Notes: generated from the letters alone by a model not told the origin. A DNA stretch of 61,893 nt, filler included, from Choristocarpus tenellus KU-1152 (GCA_964200185.2; 11 parts of 11 records of this genome joined end to end with filler, not necessarily neighbours in it), one strand, 5' to 3'. Counted from the whole stretch's first letter, positions 40,078 through 54,023 are shown. Numbers and translations: made by a program.

Positions 40078-42433
40078 AAATGAGAAGTATGGGTTGCCTT
40101 CTGAACAAAATCTCTGCATCCGTTGTTAGAGTTCAACATTGTCAAACTTATCCTACCAATTTGATGCTATTAACAGCAATGCATTGCCGTCAGCCTTAAA
40201 ATTGTTAATAGCCAATGGATTTGCATTTTGCCGTGGCGGCCACCCTTCCTCCTTAGCTGTCCCAACAGTGTTTTAAACTCCACAAAAATAATTATACATT
40301 GCGACTGGAATCAAATCAACAAAAAGTGCGGGTCACCTTCAAATATGATGCCATGATCACATTGTTAGTACTAAGTGTGTATGGTACCTATCTACACCCC
40401 CCTTAAAAATTCAACGTCGTGAGGGCAGATATAAAAAGTGGAGTAGCTTGTACTCTGTGATGAAAGAATAAAACGTAGTGCATTTCAGTTGATGAAATGT
40501 ACGCAGCTAAAACTCCCGAATATTGAATTTAGTTAAACAAAATATTTTCATCATAGAATTTCTTGTATGTAATTGATCAATGTTTGATCAAGTCAAGACA
40601 TATACGTGTCATCAGGTGTAGAACTTTAAGAACCATCACCACTAAATTTAGTGAAATGTGATATTTTTGCTGGAAAACTTACTCTAAAGCATCTCATGAC
40701 AAAGAGTTGTAACATAATAGTGGCTGATATCTAAAACTCCAATACATTACAACAACGTAATAACGAAAAAAACATAGGGATGAGGATACTTGAGAGAAGA
40801 TAAATTGATGTAAAACGAGATAGGATCAAAGAAATATATGTGGGTCAAACCAACTGAGAGGTAGAGAGGGTTGCATTTTATGATGTAGAAGACGTCATTT
40901 TTTGCAATTATTGTACAAGGAGCCTTTGATGAATTGTGGTGTGACCTTGTGTGTGGAAAGGGGGAATATCAAATTTTGCTTACACTGTTGCACACATCAA
41001 AATTGAAATAGAGTGTATTGCACAGGGTAAGAACGATGCCTTAGAATGCACAATTGTCCAAGCGTCCCCATGTCTCAGTTGGTTAGGCTCATATACTGGA
41101 TACATATTTATTAGTTGTAGTGCCATACAAGTACTCCTCCATCTTGCGTCCATGAAAGAACCTCTTGCCCTCTGTAGATACGCTATGTCTGTTTCCTATA
41201 GTACCCGTGTCAAGAAGGGGTGGCAGGATAAGAAAGGAGAGAAGACTAGGGTACTCAAACAAAGTACTTCAAAAGTGAGACGGAGAAGAACTGATAGCCA
41301 AAGATGCTTGGTCGCAAACAAGAACATCACAAATTTGTGCATTATACTTGGGATAGTAAGGGAGGGGAAGGTTGTTTAATGATCCACAAGACTAGAGCGG
41401 TACTATTGGTAGTACACCTAAGCTGGAGGGACAGTAGTGGGGAGTGCCTTGTTGCGGATGTTTATGGTGAGGTAAGAGTATTTGACACCACCAGTTTGTA
41501 TGTTTTTGGAATTTTTGGTGTTTGTGGTTGTGATCGTCCTGTTGAGAGACAAGTCTTTCTAGGACATAAAACCTATTTTTCCACGATGGTGCGATTTTTA
41601 ATATTTGTGTGTGTTGTGTGATCTTGTATGTTTGCGTTTGTGTCTTGGAGGGACAGGTCTTTATATGGCAATGCCCTATGTTTCGTTTTTGGTGTGACTT
41701 TTATTCGTTTGCATTTTTGCTGCATTTCATTGAATGAAAGAGTCTCTAATATATTTGGCTCTTGTGAGGACTGACTTGATGTTCACAGAAACGTCTCCTG
41801 TACAAATAATTGCTGAATCTCTATTACCCAAAGATTAGTCTCTCTTAACATTTGGCTACAGCACTTCCTTATCTCATCTTTGCTTATGCCTGCACCTCTC
41901 TTTTGCTTTGCGCCTCATCGTGTTCTCCCTGTACCCCCCCTTTGTTTTTGAAAAGGTGAACACTACTAGTGATAACTATGGAACAGTCGAGCCTTTGTGC
42001 CAAGAAGACCAAGTCGATGTCAAGGTCCACTCGTTCCTCCACTCCTCCTTCTGTTGCCACGACCTCGGAGATGTTGAACTATCCCACACTGGACCCGCGG
42101 CTTTTATGGTGCTTTAATGAAGGACAAAGAACAGCTTGATGTAGATGAACAATGTTAATATTACAAGGGGCTAGTGGTCTTTGTGGTCTCGATTCCACTG
42201 ACTGAGAAGGTGGGTAAGACCAGTGCAGCCTACCATGTGGGATTTGCAACGTCCACATGAATAATCAAAAAACAATCATATCTACTTATCACACGTGCCA
42301 TACATGATGTATCAACTGATGATCAAGTATCAGNNNNNNNNNNNNNNNNNNNNNNNNNNNNNNNNNNNNNNNNNNNNTTAATTAATTAANNNNNNNNNNN
42401 NNNNNNNNNNNNNNNNNNNNNNNNNNNNNNNNN

Positions 42434-42532
42434 ACACGTGCGACCAAATCACACCAAAAAAAGTGAAAATCGAAAAAAGGGTGAAAAACGGACGCCGACA
42501 CCCCTCCCCCCCCCCACCAGATACTTTGACCC
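42434..42532 (+). mobile_element. MITE family A variant, fragment at the contig start
   Basis: Near-identical to 16448-16541. Confidence 0.8.
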
Positions 42533-42837
42533 TAATTACCACCTACCCTCCTACCCCCCCCCACTACTCCACACATGATGCACCTTGCCACCACCAACTT
42601 GCTCATCTTGATATTATTATTATTACTATTGTTGTTATTATTATTACTATTGTTGTTGTTATTATTATTATTATTATTGAGGTGTTTTATCTGGCTCAAA
42701 TTTCATACTGTACCACCAATTGCAGTTGTTGCAGTATGCTGGAACCTGCAGTACATGATGATAGAGACAGTTCAACTTTTTCACCTGTCCCCCCTACATG
42801 TGTGCATTATTTTTGGATGTCTGATGTGGAACAATAG

Positions 42838-43293
42838 GTGAACCTGTACAATGGAGCAAACCGGGAGGTGGCTATCCTGTGTAACCATCAAAAGACCGTT
42901 AGCTCTGCACAGAAGGAGGGACTGGAGAAGCGGCAGGAGAAGCTGCTCATGCTCAAGCGCCAGAGGCAGGTGGGTCAAGGAATACTCGTGCAGTGTTTGG
43001 GTCACTTCAATTCTGAAACTAGTGCTGTTGCTGTGGCTTTGGTCAGTGCTATGGTTTTTGCTTGAGAAAGGTTTTGAGAATTCTGATAATGAGGCGACAG
43101 AGACTGTACTTCCCGCCCCGGCATGATGCTGTCTCTTTGAGTTCAGTGTTCCAGCAGAGTTATCCATCTTTTCGTTTGAAATGTGTTCCCTTTTTTAATG
43201 TTGAAGAATCAGTGCAGTGGTTCTCTACCTTTCAATACTTTCTAACATGTGCTATGGCGTGTTTCTTTCTCGAATCTATCTATCTATCTATCC

Positions 43294-43336
<43 letters not shown>

Positions 43337-43337
43337 C

Positions 43338-43390
<53 letters not shown>

Positions 43391-44821
43391 GATATCTTGA
43401 TATCTTGATATCTTGATATCTTGATAAGATGTGCAGTTTCAGGCGGACAGGTAATCCCAGAAGTCAGTCTTGTCTACAGGTAGAGAAGCACTGTGTTGAG
43501 CTATGTTGTTTATTCATTGTCAAGGAAGATCTTGTCAACAACTGTTGTCCAGATACCCTGGAGATCACTTGCTTGTTTTCATTACAGAGAAGTATAGTGA
43601 AAAATCTTTATATGCCGTTTGTGTGTTAGTTTTGTTTTGTTGGTGGATCGAGTCTTGTTGTGGTACATTGCCCCCCCACCCCCCCCCCCCCAGTTACACA
43701 CGGTTGTATATTCACCCACTAACATGACTCTTTTTGCACACTGTGGCGGCTCCTTTCATCAGAGTCCTACTGTGTGATGTCAAAACCTTATCTTTGTATT
43801 TAAGACTGAACTCCACAAGTGATGAATATGTCTCAGCTACAGGATACCATGGACAACAGTTACAACCCTTAGGGTTAGGGTTAGGGTTAGTCTTGGTATG
43901 AGCCTTTGCCCTACTCCAACATATTCGGCAACCTGTGCAAGCTCACAGAACCCTCACACACCGCCTCCCCTGCTTTTCTGTTGGTGTAGGAGCTGAAGCA
44001 GCATCTGGTTGCACTTAAAGAGGGCAAGGCAAAGCGTGTTCGTATCAGGTCAGGGGACAAGTCAAAGGAGGAGGAGGCGGGAAAGGCTATGGCCCTTGCC
44101 AAGTTGTCCAAGGCCAACGCAAATACTACTGATGACAAGGTCGGTTGAGACAGAGGTGGAGAGATGGGAGTACTTTCATGCTTGGAAGGAGTAAGGCTTA
44201 TTGTGTGTGTGTGTGTGTGTGTGTCACTGCTTGTATACTGAACTTTTTTGGAGACCTCGAGTACGTTTGTGTTAGTAGCGGGCGTCTGGAGGTAGAGTTG
44301 TGGAAGTGAAGAGGTGGTGCTGATGAAGGGATGAGGAAAATGTAAGTTTGGTGCTGTTATGAAGAATGCATGGGATATGTTTGTATTGTTGATTTGACTG
44401 CACTTTCTTGGTGGCCTTTTTCATTGTGTATTTTTATTGCAAGCTGTACGGACTAGTGGCCTTAATCCGGGAAAGACCGCTGTTCCTGCCATTTAGGTCT
44501 CTCGACCCTGTGTGGAAAATGTCATCGTCCTCTTGTTGCCAGATGGTTGATGACCTTATTTGCCATCATGCCGGAAAAGTAGTGTTTATCCAAACCTCAG
44601 GCTTACTCACCCCTGTAGTACTGTGGACACTGCTGATGGTTTGTGATGGTGTCTTGTTGCCTCAGCTGGCGGCCAAAGAGGCTTTGGAGGCAGCTAAGAA
44701 GCTCATGGCGGAAGTTCAATCGGCTAAGGCTGAGGAAGGGCATCTGTTTGCCAAGGTGCCAACAGAGGACAGTGTGGCAGGACGGATTAAGACTTGGGCT
44801 GAGAAGATCAAAAAGCTAGAG
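42838..44821 (+). CDS. TOP1: DNA topoisomerase IB, internal exons (end of core domain plus linker)
   Basis: Exons 42838-42969, 43990-44139 and 44666-44821 are phase 0, GT-AG. YNGANREVAILCNHQK matches the Top1 motif YNRANRxVAILCNHQ and is followed by a charged helical linker. The catalytic-Tyr exon lies outside this contig. Confidence 0.9.
43274..43425. repeat. Compound microsatellite (ATCT)n plus (TTGATATC)n in a TOP1 intron
   Basis: Direct reading. Confidence 0.95.
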
Positions 44822-46151
44822 GTGGGAATGGTTTTGGAGGGTAGGTGGGGGGGGGGGAGAGAGAGGCTAAATGCTTAAGGTCCTTGCCCAAACCCACAAG
44901 ATTGACTCATGGTGTGCATAGCTTTTGAGGATAAGGATAAGCGCGAGAGCCTACTTTTTAGCATTGGCAATGGAAATGGTTGCCGTTCACTCATAAATAC
45001 AGTTTCGGTCTCTGTCTTGTTCGGGAAGGGAGACTGAGGGTGGGGTGGGGTGGGGTAGGGTTGCTTTTGCTTCTCCCCTTGCCATTTGGTGTGTATGATG
45101 TAGTGCGCAGTGCAGCATCCATCCACTGCGAATCTCGATCGAAACCTGTGTTAGTTGTGTTAGTTGTGTTAGTTGTGTTAGTTGACGTTTTTTCCCATGT
45201 GGGACAAAGATAGTGCTCTGATTGGTAGTGATTCAATCACTACGATGCGATCAGATATGCAATGAATCAAAAACTGCCGAAGATTGAGGTGCAGTTTTTG
45301 ATTGCCGTTTTTTTTTTTTTTGTGCAAATGCATATGCTTGTGTGGTCTGGTTGCGGAGGAGATATAGGCGTTTTGCTTGCCTCAATACGTGCATTGAGTG
45401 GAAGTTTCGATTATTCGTTGAGTACGGGGGGGATTTTTAGGTCCCGATTAAACTTCTGATCGGAAGTGCTTTTGATTTGTCCCGGCGGAACAGTGGCGTA
45501 TCAATATTTGACAAGAGTCCGATTTTGTGGGAGGGTCAAAGCATCTGGGGGGGGGTGGGGTAGGGTTGNNNNNNNNNNNNNNNNNNNNNNNNNNNNNNNN
45601 NNNNNNNNNNNNTTAATTAATTAANNNNNNNNNNNNNNNNNNNNNNNNNNNNNNNNNNNNNNNNNNNNCTGGTGTAGAACCCCCCCCCCCCCAAGATACT
45701 TTGGGTCCGTATAGTAATATATTATTATTTTGTATTTTAGAAGCAGATTAATGACAAACCCCGGAGAAAGATGATGTCTGTTCTGTTGAATAGATCTCAG
45801 AGCTCTAGCCTTACTCATTGCCCTTGTCTTATCTAGTCTCGGATCCAGTATAGGACCAAATATCTGGTCTTGGGTTGGTTGCAAAGGGCTCGATAGCAAG
45901 AGCACTCTTTTTCTTTCTACAGTATTAGGGCTTAACTTGTTGCTGTAAGTTGAAGTGAAGGGTGTGCAGTTCTGCCCAAACTACTGAAATATATTCGTTT
46001 TTTCCAGGTGAAAACTAGATCAATCTTTTTAAGGTGTACAGGCACAACTTCAAATCAGAAAACACCTTCAACACTATTGTGAGTGCCAGGAAGATTTAGG
46101 GTCAGCGCATAATGAACTCCACTCTACGATTGTCACATCAGTCTAATATGT

Positions 46152-46307
46152 GGTTCATGGTATCTGGGGGGTCAATTTTTTTTTTGTTACTATTTCTGTA
46201 TGGTTTGACTGCATACGTTGGATGGATATTGTAAGTGCAATTTTCCTGATTATTATCCAAATGGACATCCTAGTGTAGAGACCCCCCACCCCCAGATACT
46301 TTGGGTC
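46152..46307 (-). mobile_element. MITE family A, slightly deleted complete copy; fragments also at 45533-45568 and 45669-45707
   Basis: TIRs GGTTCATGGTATCTGGGGGG ... CCCCAGATACTTTGGGTC with a TGT direct repeat. Confidence 0.82.
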
Positions 46308-47220
46308 TGTAATACCCATATGATCCAACAACCAAAAATATGGACGCTGTTTCTAACACTTTGTCTGCCCCACAAGTCTCTTGAGAGTGATACCACCTCA
46401 TGCCAACCATTGCCCAACCTCCCTTATGTGTCCATCATCACTGTTGAAAGATCCACACCACCCGAAGAAATGTATACACTCCAATTCAATCAACCTCAAT
46501 AAAGGTGAGCTTCATGAGATTGCTTGCTAATCCAAGCCAGTGGATTGGGAGATGTGTGAAGAATTTGAATTCCTCAGCCAGAATCGCTCAAGTCCCAGGT
46601 CTCTCATCAGGAAGGCAAGCCCGTTAAACACGAAATATTCCTGTGCAGCATCAATACTACCACCAAAGGTTTGAGAGGACATGGAGATGAAAAGGTAATC
46701 TCGAGGCTCCTAATACTTGCTAGTGCATTCTACTCTTAATCGAATTTGTAAGAAAACATTAATGGGGAGGGTTGAAGATTAATACTAAACAAGTAGGCTG
46801 TTGAGTTCGCTGGAGTACTTTATTGCCAATCTTTGTCACAACCACCTATTATTTGGGCTCCATTTCTGGAGGCGTGGCAAACCAGTCCCTTAGAAGGATA
46901 TACTTTGTAACATCAAACTTGGGACTTTGTCAAGCTGTGCAGCATTCTACTTGTCACTGCTCACCTTTCCCTTGAGAAAAATGACTCTGCTTCCTCCCTC
47001 CTCTTCTTCCCTGCGTCCCTGAGGCGCTGGCACAAGGCATCAGCAGCGGCTAGCCTTGAATTCTCTTCCTCACCCGACCTTTCCTCTTCTCTCTTCGCAG
47101 GACAAGCATGATGAAAAGGATGTCAGACTCTAGGCTATACAGTATACCAGAGAAACATACTTTTCTTGGAAGTAGGGGCGTTTTTTTAAGCTTTCTCTTT
47201 GCTCCCACCGCTGCAGCTTC

Positions 47221-47472
47221 GAGTCAAAGTATCTTAGAGGGCAGAGCCGTGTCCGTATGGGGGCCAAACTCCAATGTTGGAGTTTCGATGTAATTTTGGC
47301 TATTGTGTTTGTTAGGAAATGTCAACATCCTTGTTCCGGACACACCTTTTCATAAAGTCAACATTTTACCTCTTCGGAGTAGATATAATGTCATTATAAA
47401 CCCGTGGGAAGCCAAGCCCCTAATAGATGGACAAAGAGGGCAAAAATCGTACCCTCTAAGTTACTTTCGCTC
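47221..47472 (+). mobile_element. MITE family B, complete copy
   Basis: TIRs GAGTCAAAGTATCTTAGAGGG ... CCCTCTAAGTTACTTTCGCTC with a TTC direct repeat. Confidence 0.9.
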
Positions 47473-47511
47473 TTCAAGTCTTCTTTTATTTGTGCTTCAA
47501 ATGAGACATTT

Positions 47512-47680
47512 GCCTCAAGGTATCTGGGTGTGTGTGGCGGCTGTCCATTCAGGGCCCATTTTTCCATTTTTTGGTGAATTTGGTTGCATGCGTCCTATGG
47601 ATAATGTAAGTGTACTTTCTTGGTCAGGGCCGAAATGGACACCCTGGTGTAGAACCCCCCCCCCCCAGATACTTTGAGTC
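47512..47680 (-). mobile_element. MITE family A, complete copy 39 bp from a family B copy
   Basis: TIRs GCCTCAAGGTATCTGGG ... CCCAGATACTTTGAGTC. Confidence 0.85.
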
Positions 47681-50289
47681 TTCCTTTGAGTAGAAAGACA
47701 AAAACTACCAGCCAATCGGCTCAATCACAGTAGGAGGTGTTTGTCCAAAGCAGAACAAATAATAAAATAATCCCAATGAGCTGGCAGAGCTTAAGTCAAC
47801 AAACCATGCATCTCTCAATTCCATACCCTTCAAACACAAAACGACTGGGATCGCATGCATGCACCGGTCACACCTATAAATACAACTCGCCCCCCCAGAT
47901 AAGGTGCCCCTCAAGGGTTACAATTGTAATGGTAGCATTGGCAGCAGGACAGTGGCCATAGCAAGCAAAAATCCAAACAAGCTGTAGGAGGATAATCATT
48001 TTGCATTCCCACAATAAGATGAGCACACTAAATGGGTGTGAAGAACCACCTTACTAGTATGGACCTGAGTAACTTGTTCATCTTCAAGACCCGAGAGAAA
48101 AACATGAGGCACTTGCAGCAGTTAGTATTAGAGAGGGCTTAGGCTGTACCTACTGCCACTTAGAAGAACATCGAGAAGGATATGTTACCTCCAGTAGGTA
48201 ACGACGGTGGTTCACAACAACCGTTCTTCTGTCTCTTCGGTTCCTTGCTGCCTCTCTAGCATCTAGTGTCCGTTGAGCGGCAGCAGCCAGGCGGCTTGTG
48301 GTGGCAAACTCGGCTGCTTGTCTTGCCTCCCATAAGACCTTTCTCACCTGTGCGATCATCAGCCGTAAGACATTATCACTCTAGCAACCAAGCACATGGA
48401 GAAAGACGTGATGCCTCGATAATGAAGTTAGTGCTGACATGGGATTCTGCTGATAATATGCCAAAAACTGTTTCAGCTTACTCTATAGCGCTTCAGAATT
48501 TGTCAATTCTGCTACTTGAAGATCTTCACAGTATCCTAACCCTCCTCTCTACAACTGCAATCAGGGGTGTTGCTCATAATTCTCCGGTGGGTGTCCTTGT
48601 TTGTTATGAGACTTTCATATCTGGGTTCATACGTACATGATATGGATTGTCGCACTGCCTGACCAGGGTACGGATTGTTTGTTGCACAAGTTTGTGGGAG
48701 CCGTGGGCTAGCCACCCTTGAACATTCCACGCAAAATTTGAAGAGTTTCGTTGTACACTGTCAGCCTCAGATGCAACCTTTAGAATTTCCCTGTAACTGT
48801 GTGGTTGACCGTGAAGGAGACATGGTTTGGGATAGGTTTAGGGTTTGGATCGCGGTTTCTCAAGACAAGGAGATTGGTGAGTGTTTCTCTTTTATGAGAC
48901 AATACAAGCTATCAAGTGCCCCAAGTGATTTAGACCATTGAACTTTGAAGAATTTTCCCATGCACTATTATTTGTGCTGTGGTGTAATGTATTGTATCGT
49001 CCTCCAAATTGAATAGACCATCCTACAAGAAAGGACACCCATTTAGCCAAGATATTGGAAAGGAACAATGTTTATGCCTTTCAGTGCAATAAATCTAATG
49101 GATAGAGTCGCCTAGGCCAGCTGGTGAAACGTCCCAGCTGCAGGATGAGACACGAAATGATAGATTCTTGAAGCATCCCATAGTAACTACCTCCACAGAT
49201 AGAGATTCCTCTGTCCTTTCCAATAAAAATATAGCATCCTCAAATTACGGAAGTGAAATATGCATGTTTCCCATGCAGATTCTCCCGCATATGCTTGAAA
49301 CATCTTGATTTTGTAAACCCAGATGAGGTAAATCGTCTGGTGATAATGTTGCAGCATATGAACAAATTGCGGGATTGATTTGTTACAATATGGAGACCCA
49401 CTTTGAAGCAGAATTAAAACATTTTATTCTCTGTACGACCTATTAACTGTTGCCTGTCCTTCACCATAAACGATGGCCTTTCAATTGGAGGTGCCAGTCC
49501 TTGATAACATTACTATATGTGTCACCAAACCGAGGCATATCCCTTTTGTCTAAACTCTTCAACAATACTACCATAGAACTGTCACCGTCCCAAGCACTTA
49601 AATGTCTTCCATGCCAACTGCCATTTCATTTTGCCTGGTGAAGTATTCAAAAACACCTTGGTGCACACAGCAACAAATGTTAACAAATGGGTTGGAAGAA
49701 TTAAAAACCGTTCTCTGTCCGTTGTACCCTGGAAGTATTTTACCAAGGCAGTGATTGCAGGATACAAATAGGCGATTTGTTCCTTAGGGAATGAAACGGC
49801 CCATACAGAGGTGGTCACATGGCGGTTGCAAGGACCTGATACCGTTTCCAGGCCATTTTACCATGCATGTCATTGCAGGATATCTTCAAGTAACTTGAAT
49901 AGCAACATAGTCTGACTCTGGAGTATTTCCAGAGGATTGTGAAGCAAGATCTTGGAAGTAGAGGATTTTTGTTATTGTTTATTATTTGTTTGTTTTTCCA
50001 TAGTGCAAGGTCAATCATTCACGTTTATGAGCTGCCCATTTCTAGTTTATTTCTGAACTTCAATGGCATAGGTAGTGGTATTTGTAGTGGTCATTTCAAA
50101 ATCATTAGAATCAAAACTTGCTGTTGAGACATTACTAGGCTAATGATCACAGGATAGAAACACATGTCTCAAGCAGGAACATATGCAGTTTTGTGCATGC
50201 AGATATGTTAATCAAAACCAGTTAGGAAGACACAATATTCCTTTCTTACAATTTTATGATACATTGGGTCACAGGATGAAAATAGGCGA

Positions 50290-51810
50290 CCCGAGCAGCA
50301 GCATGTGCAGTGGTGCGCACCAAGAAAATTACAAAACGGTTTGGGGGAACCGAAACCGATTTCTGACCGTTTTACGAGTTGTACGATCACAAGATATGTA
50401 GACATAGCATGAAGGGGTTTCCTACCATAGCTGAGGCGTTTGCATTATTTGATGAGCATATGTGATCCTTGACTGACCTATGCTGATTCCTTCAACAAAT
50501 AACAGAGCTGTAAGCCCCAACGTGAGGTGGAGTCCTTACATGCCATCATAGATCAGTTCCTGTGGTTGAACTGTCTATAGATACCAACAGGCGTCTTGAC
50601 CAACAACATGTGTTGTGGTACACATGGTGGTGTGGTTACGAATCGGTTATAAAGATCCAATATTGTTGTTCGACTGTTTTACAAGCCAGGTGGTCACAGG
50701 ATACCAACAGATGTCTTGAGCAGTGACAGAAGGAGCACTGCACACAGTGATGGTGTGACAAAACTGTTGGATTGATCCGATATCGTTTTCTGATCGCTTT
50801 GCCAGACAAAAGGTAGTAGGATATCTACAAGTGCTTTGAGGACCAACATATGCTGTGGCTCACACAGTGGTGTGGTGGAAAAATGATTGAAATGGTCCAA
50901 AACCATCGGCAGGTGGTGTTCCTGGGCAAATGTTGGTAGGACACCAACAACGTTCATGAGCAGCAGCATGTGCTGTGGTACGCAAAGTGACAATTACAAA
51001 ACGGTTGGAGAGAATCAAGACTGATTTCTGACCGTTTTACGAGTTGTATGATTGCATGATTGTCGAATATCTAGTTTTACACTTAAGTTGTTTGAGGTGA
51101 TACAAGTATATAACATAGTTTCATGTTTATTTTTCTTTAGTTTAGTACAATACAAAGTAGTAACGTACATAACGGTACAATAGGTTAGTCTTTGTTCATA
51201 GGTCCGAGATAGTTGACGGCTAAGACAAAGGCCTAGCGGAAAAATGAATAACCAGTCTATGTTCACCATGTAACTCTGCCAACAGCTTCTGGTGACGAGC
51301 CTTTCTTGCGTGAAGCTTTTCAACAAGGATATCAACAACATGTGTTGTGGTACACACAGTAGTGCGGTTATGAATCGGTTGTAAAGATCCAATATTGTTG
51401 TTCGACTGTTTTACAAGCCAGGTGGTCGCAGGATACCAATAGGTGTCTTGAGCAGTGACAGAAGGAGCACTGCACACAGTGGTGATGTGACAAAACTGTT
51501 GGATTGATCCGATATCGTTTTCTGATCGCTTTGCCAGACAAAAGGTATCTGAAATTATAAAATGATTTGAAGGATCTGAAACCGTTGGTAGGTTGTTTTA
51601 CAAGGCAAATAATAGTAGGACATCAGGGACACCAGCAGGCTTCATGAGGAACAGCATATGCAGTGGTGCACATACTGGTGTTGGTTAGCACAGCAGGAGG
51701 ACCCAAGACTGTTTTGATCACTCACCAGGTACTTGCATGTAGTATACGGGTGGCTTGAGCAGCAATATACGCAGTGGTGCACACAGTGGCTACAAAACGG
51801 TTGGGAGGAT
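50290..51810. repeat. Degenerate 120-bp tandem array with a ~215-bp segmental duplication
   Basis: Unit starts at 50581, 50701, 50821 and 50941, an exact 120-bp period. 50601-50817 is nearly identical to 51333-51548, and 50294-50390 resembles 50959-51055. Confidence 0.8.
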
Positions 51811-53764
51811 GCCTATCTTACAGCACCCCCCGTCAAGTTTTTTCCACTTCTGTATGGAAATCTCCATGGTAGGAGAACAAGCATTGCATCAAAACCTGCC
51901 TAGAGTCCACCTAAGGCCCAAGCCTTACATCCACAGTATACTCCAACTAGACCCCTCAGTCGCTGACTCCCTAAGTGATGTGAGAGGATCCTTTTACTGG
52001 CAAAGACAACCGCACCTGTCCATCATCCTGTCTCTTTCAATAGCCTTGTCTGCCATAGCCCTTCTCCTGTCTTCTTCCATTTCCTTTGCTACACCAGATT
52101 CCCATCTGGTTTATCCCCAAAGTAAGAAAATATCATGTGGAGTATATAGCTCAGAACAGAACAGCATGCTAGTATTTATGTACTTCCCCCTCCACCTTAA
52201 AATACAATTGACATTTTCATATGGTTGTGACCAGTCTCGTTCAGACCTGACTTGACCTTGGACTCTAAAAATGCACTTGCAACCTTAGATGGGGACAAAA
52301 CATTACTTGTTGCCTAACATGTGTGCCTTTGCGCCTTTTTCATATATGTATATATCCATATGGATTAATGTAGTGTTTGCATAGCAAACATGTGGAGAAA
52401 GTAACTACTGGGTCACTAAACGTACAGTGAGGAATTGCATTTGATAATGGTTTGATCCAAAATGCGGAACTGCTCAAAAGGACTTATTGGAGGGGCAATC
52501 AACAAGAGTGATGAGTGTAACAGGCAGGGCTTGTCGGGTGAGCAGAATAGTCCAACGCCCCCCCCCCAAAAAACAAAAGTTTGTTATTAGTAGGAGTTGG
52601 AAAATTGACAACTAACACTAAGATTAGCAAAAGGATTATTAGCAAATTTTTCCAACTGCCGTGCAAAGAAACTGAAAATATTAGGGACGCACAAGAAGGA
52701 ATGTGTACTCTGTGCATGAGAGTGCACTCAAAGGTATGTTTTTTGTGTTGTGGTATACCTTTTCGTCTTCATGTGATGGGGAAGAAGGTAAGCCATACCC
52801 TCTTTTGTAGTATATTGCTAGGATTTAGGGTTAGGGAGCATGGTATCAAAAGAAACCTCACCAATAGTACAGCAACCAGATGCCTGTATATGGAATTCGC
52901 ACTACTGGATGCATTTGACCAGAATCTCCCACTATTTCTTTCATTGTTGGCATGACTCAGGTGTTGATGCCTGTTGATCATGGTCACCTGTCAAGGTTTT
53001 CATGTTCCAGTGCAGCATCCCTGGCTGCGCAAAGCCAGACAAAGCAGTCTTCCCTGTTACGAGTTGTGAACAAGTTTCCATCCCACCTCTCCTGTTCTTG
53101 GGTAGTCCTCATGTCTTCCTCCTGGTATGAAGGTGAGAGGAATTATGCACTCTCTTCGCTCACTTGTAAGATGACAATTGCCCTGTGATCTTACTCCTTA
53201 GTAAGGTTTGTGGTCAGAGAAATAAAATATAATATATTAAGGAAATACAGCTTCTAACTTTACTCACAAACCCATTCTATATTACCTGTCGCAGCTTGAG
53301 CTCATGCAGTATTTGTCATCTGGATAACACTCATCCACCACCATCAGATCTCTACCCCTTAGGATGCAGAAACAGATACGACAGACTAACCTTTGCAGCA
53401 GCCAAGATCCCCTCTGGATCCCACAGCTTTTCTGCTTGTCCACTAACCAACACTAGCCATGCTAGATCAGCTTGACTCTCCTCGAACTTGTTCAAGGATG
53501 CCCGTTGTTGCCCCTGAATTTCCGTTGGTCATTTTATGAGGTCCTCTACAAATGTTACTTTGCCACAGTGTGCTAGATACAGGGCTAGTGTTAGGGCCGT
53601 AGCATAGTCACGCCAAAATAACAACAATAAAGTCTATCAGTGACATGACCATAAATTTTAGAACCAAGTGTCACCATGGGAGACGACTAAGAAATTCTTA
53701 GAAATACTCTCTAAAAAAAGTAGTATAGCATGTCTGGAGGTGGATCTCTTAATTTTTTGGGAAT

Positions 53765-54023
53765 GGTAACCGAGTGGGGGACCCAGGTGTCCATTCAGGG
53801 CCTCGGTGACTCTGTTGCGATTTTCATGTCAACTGAGTAATGTGTCAGATGTGATGGCCATACCCTTCATCTGAATGCACCTTCCTTTGCCATCCACCTG
53901 CCTAAACCAAATTTGAAGAAAAATCACCTGCAAAATGGATATCAAACTGGAGGGTTTTAGAATACTCCACCAAGCCCCAAATGGACGACCTGGCTAACCC
54001 CCCCCCCAACCCTCTTGGTTACT
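53765..54023. mobile_element. Third MITE-like element
   Basis: Inverted ends GGTAACCGAG..GGGGGACCCAGGTGTCCATT and AATGGACGACCTGG..C(n)..CTTGGTTACT. It shares the subterminal CCAGG(G)TGTCCATT motif with family A. Confidence 0.55.

Noticed and set aside
42463-43408. Poly-Leu/Ile and IYLS-repeat ORFs resembling membrane proteins
   Set aside because: They are translations of (ATT/GTT)n and (ATCT)n microsatellites in TOP1 introns.
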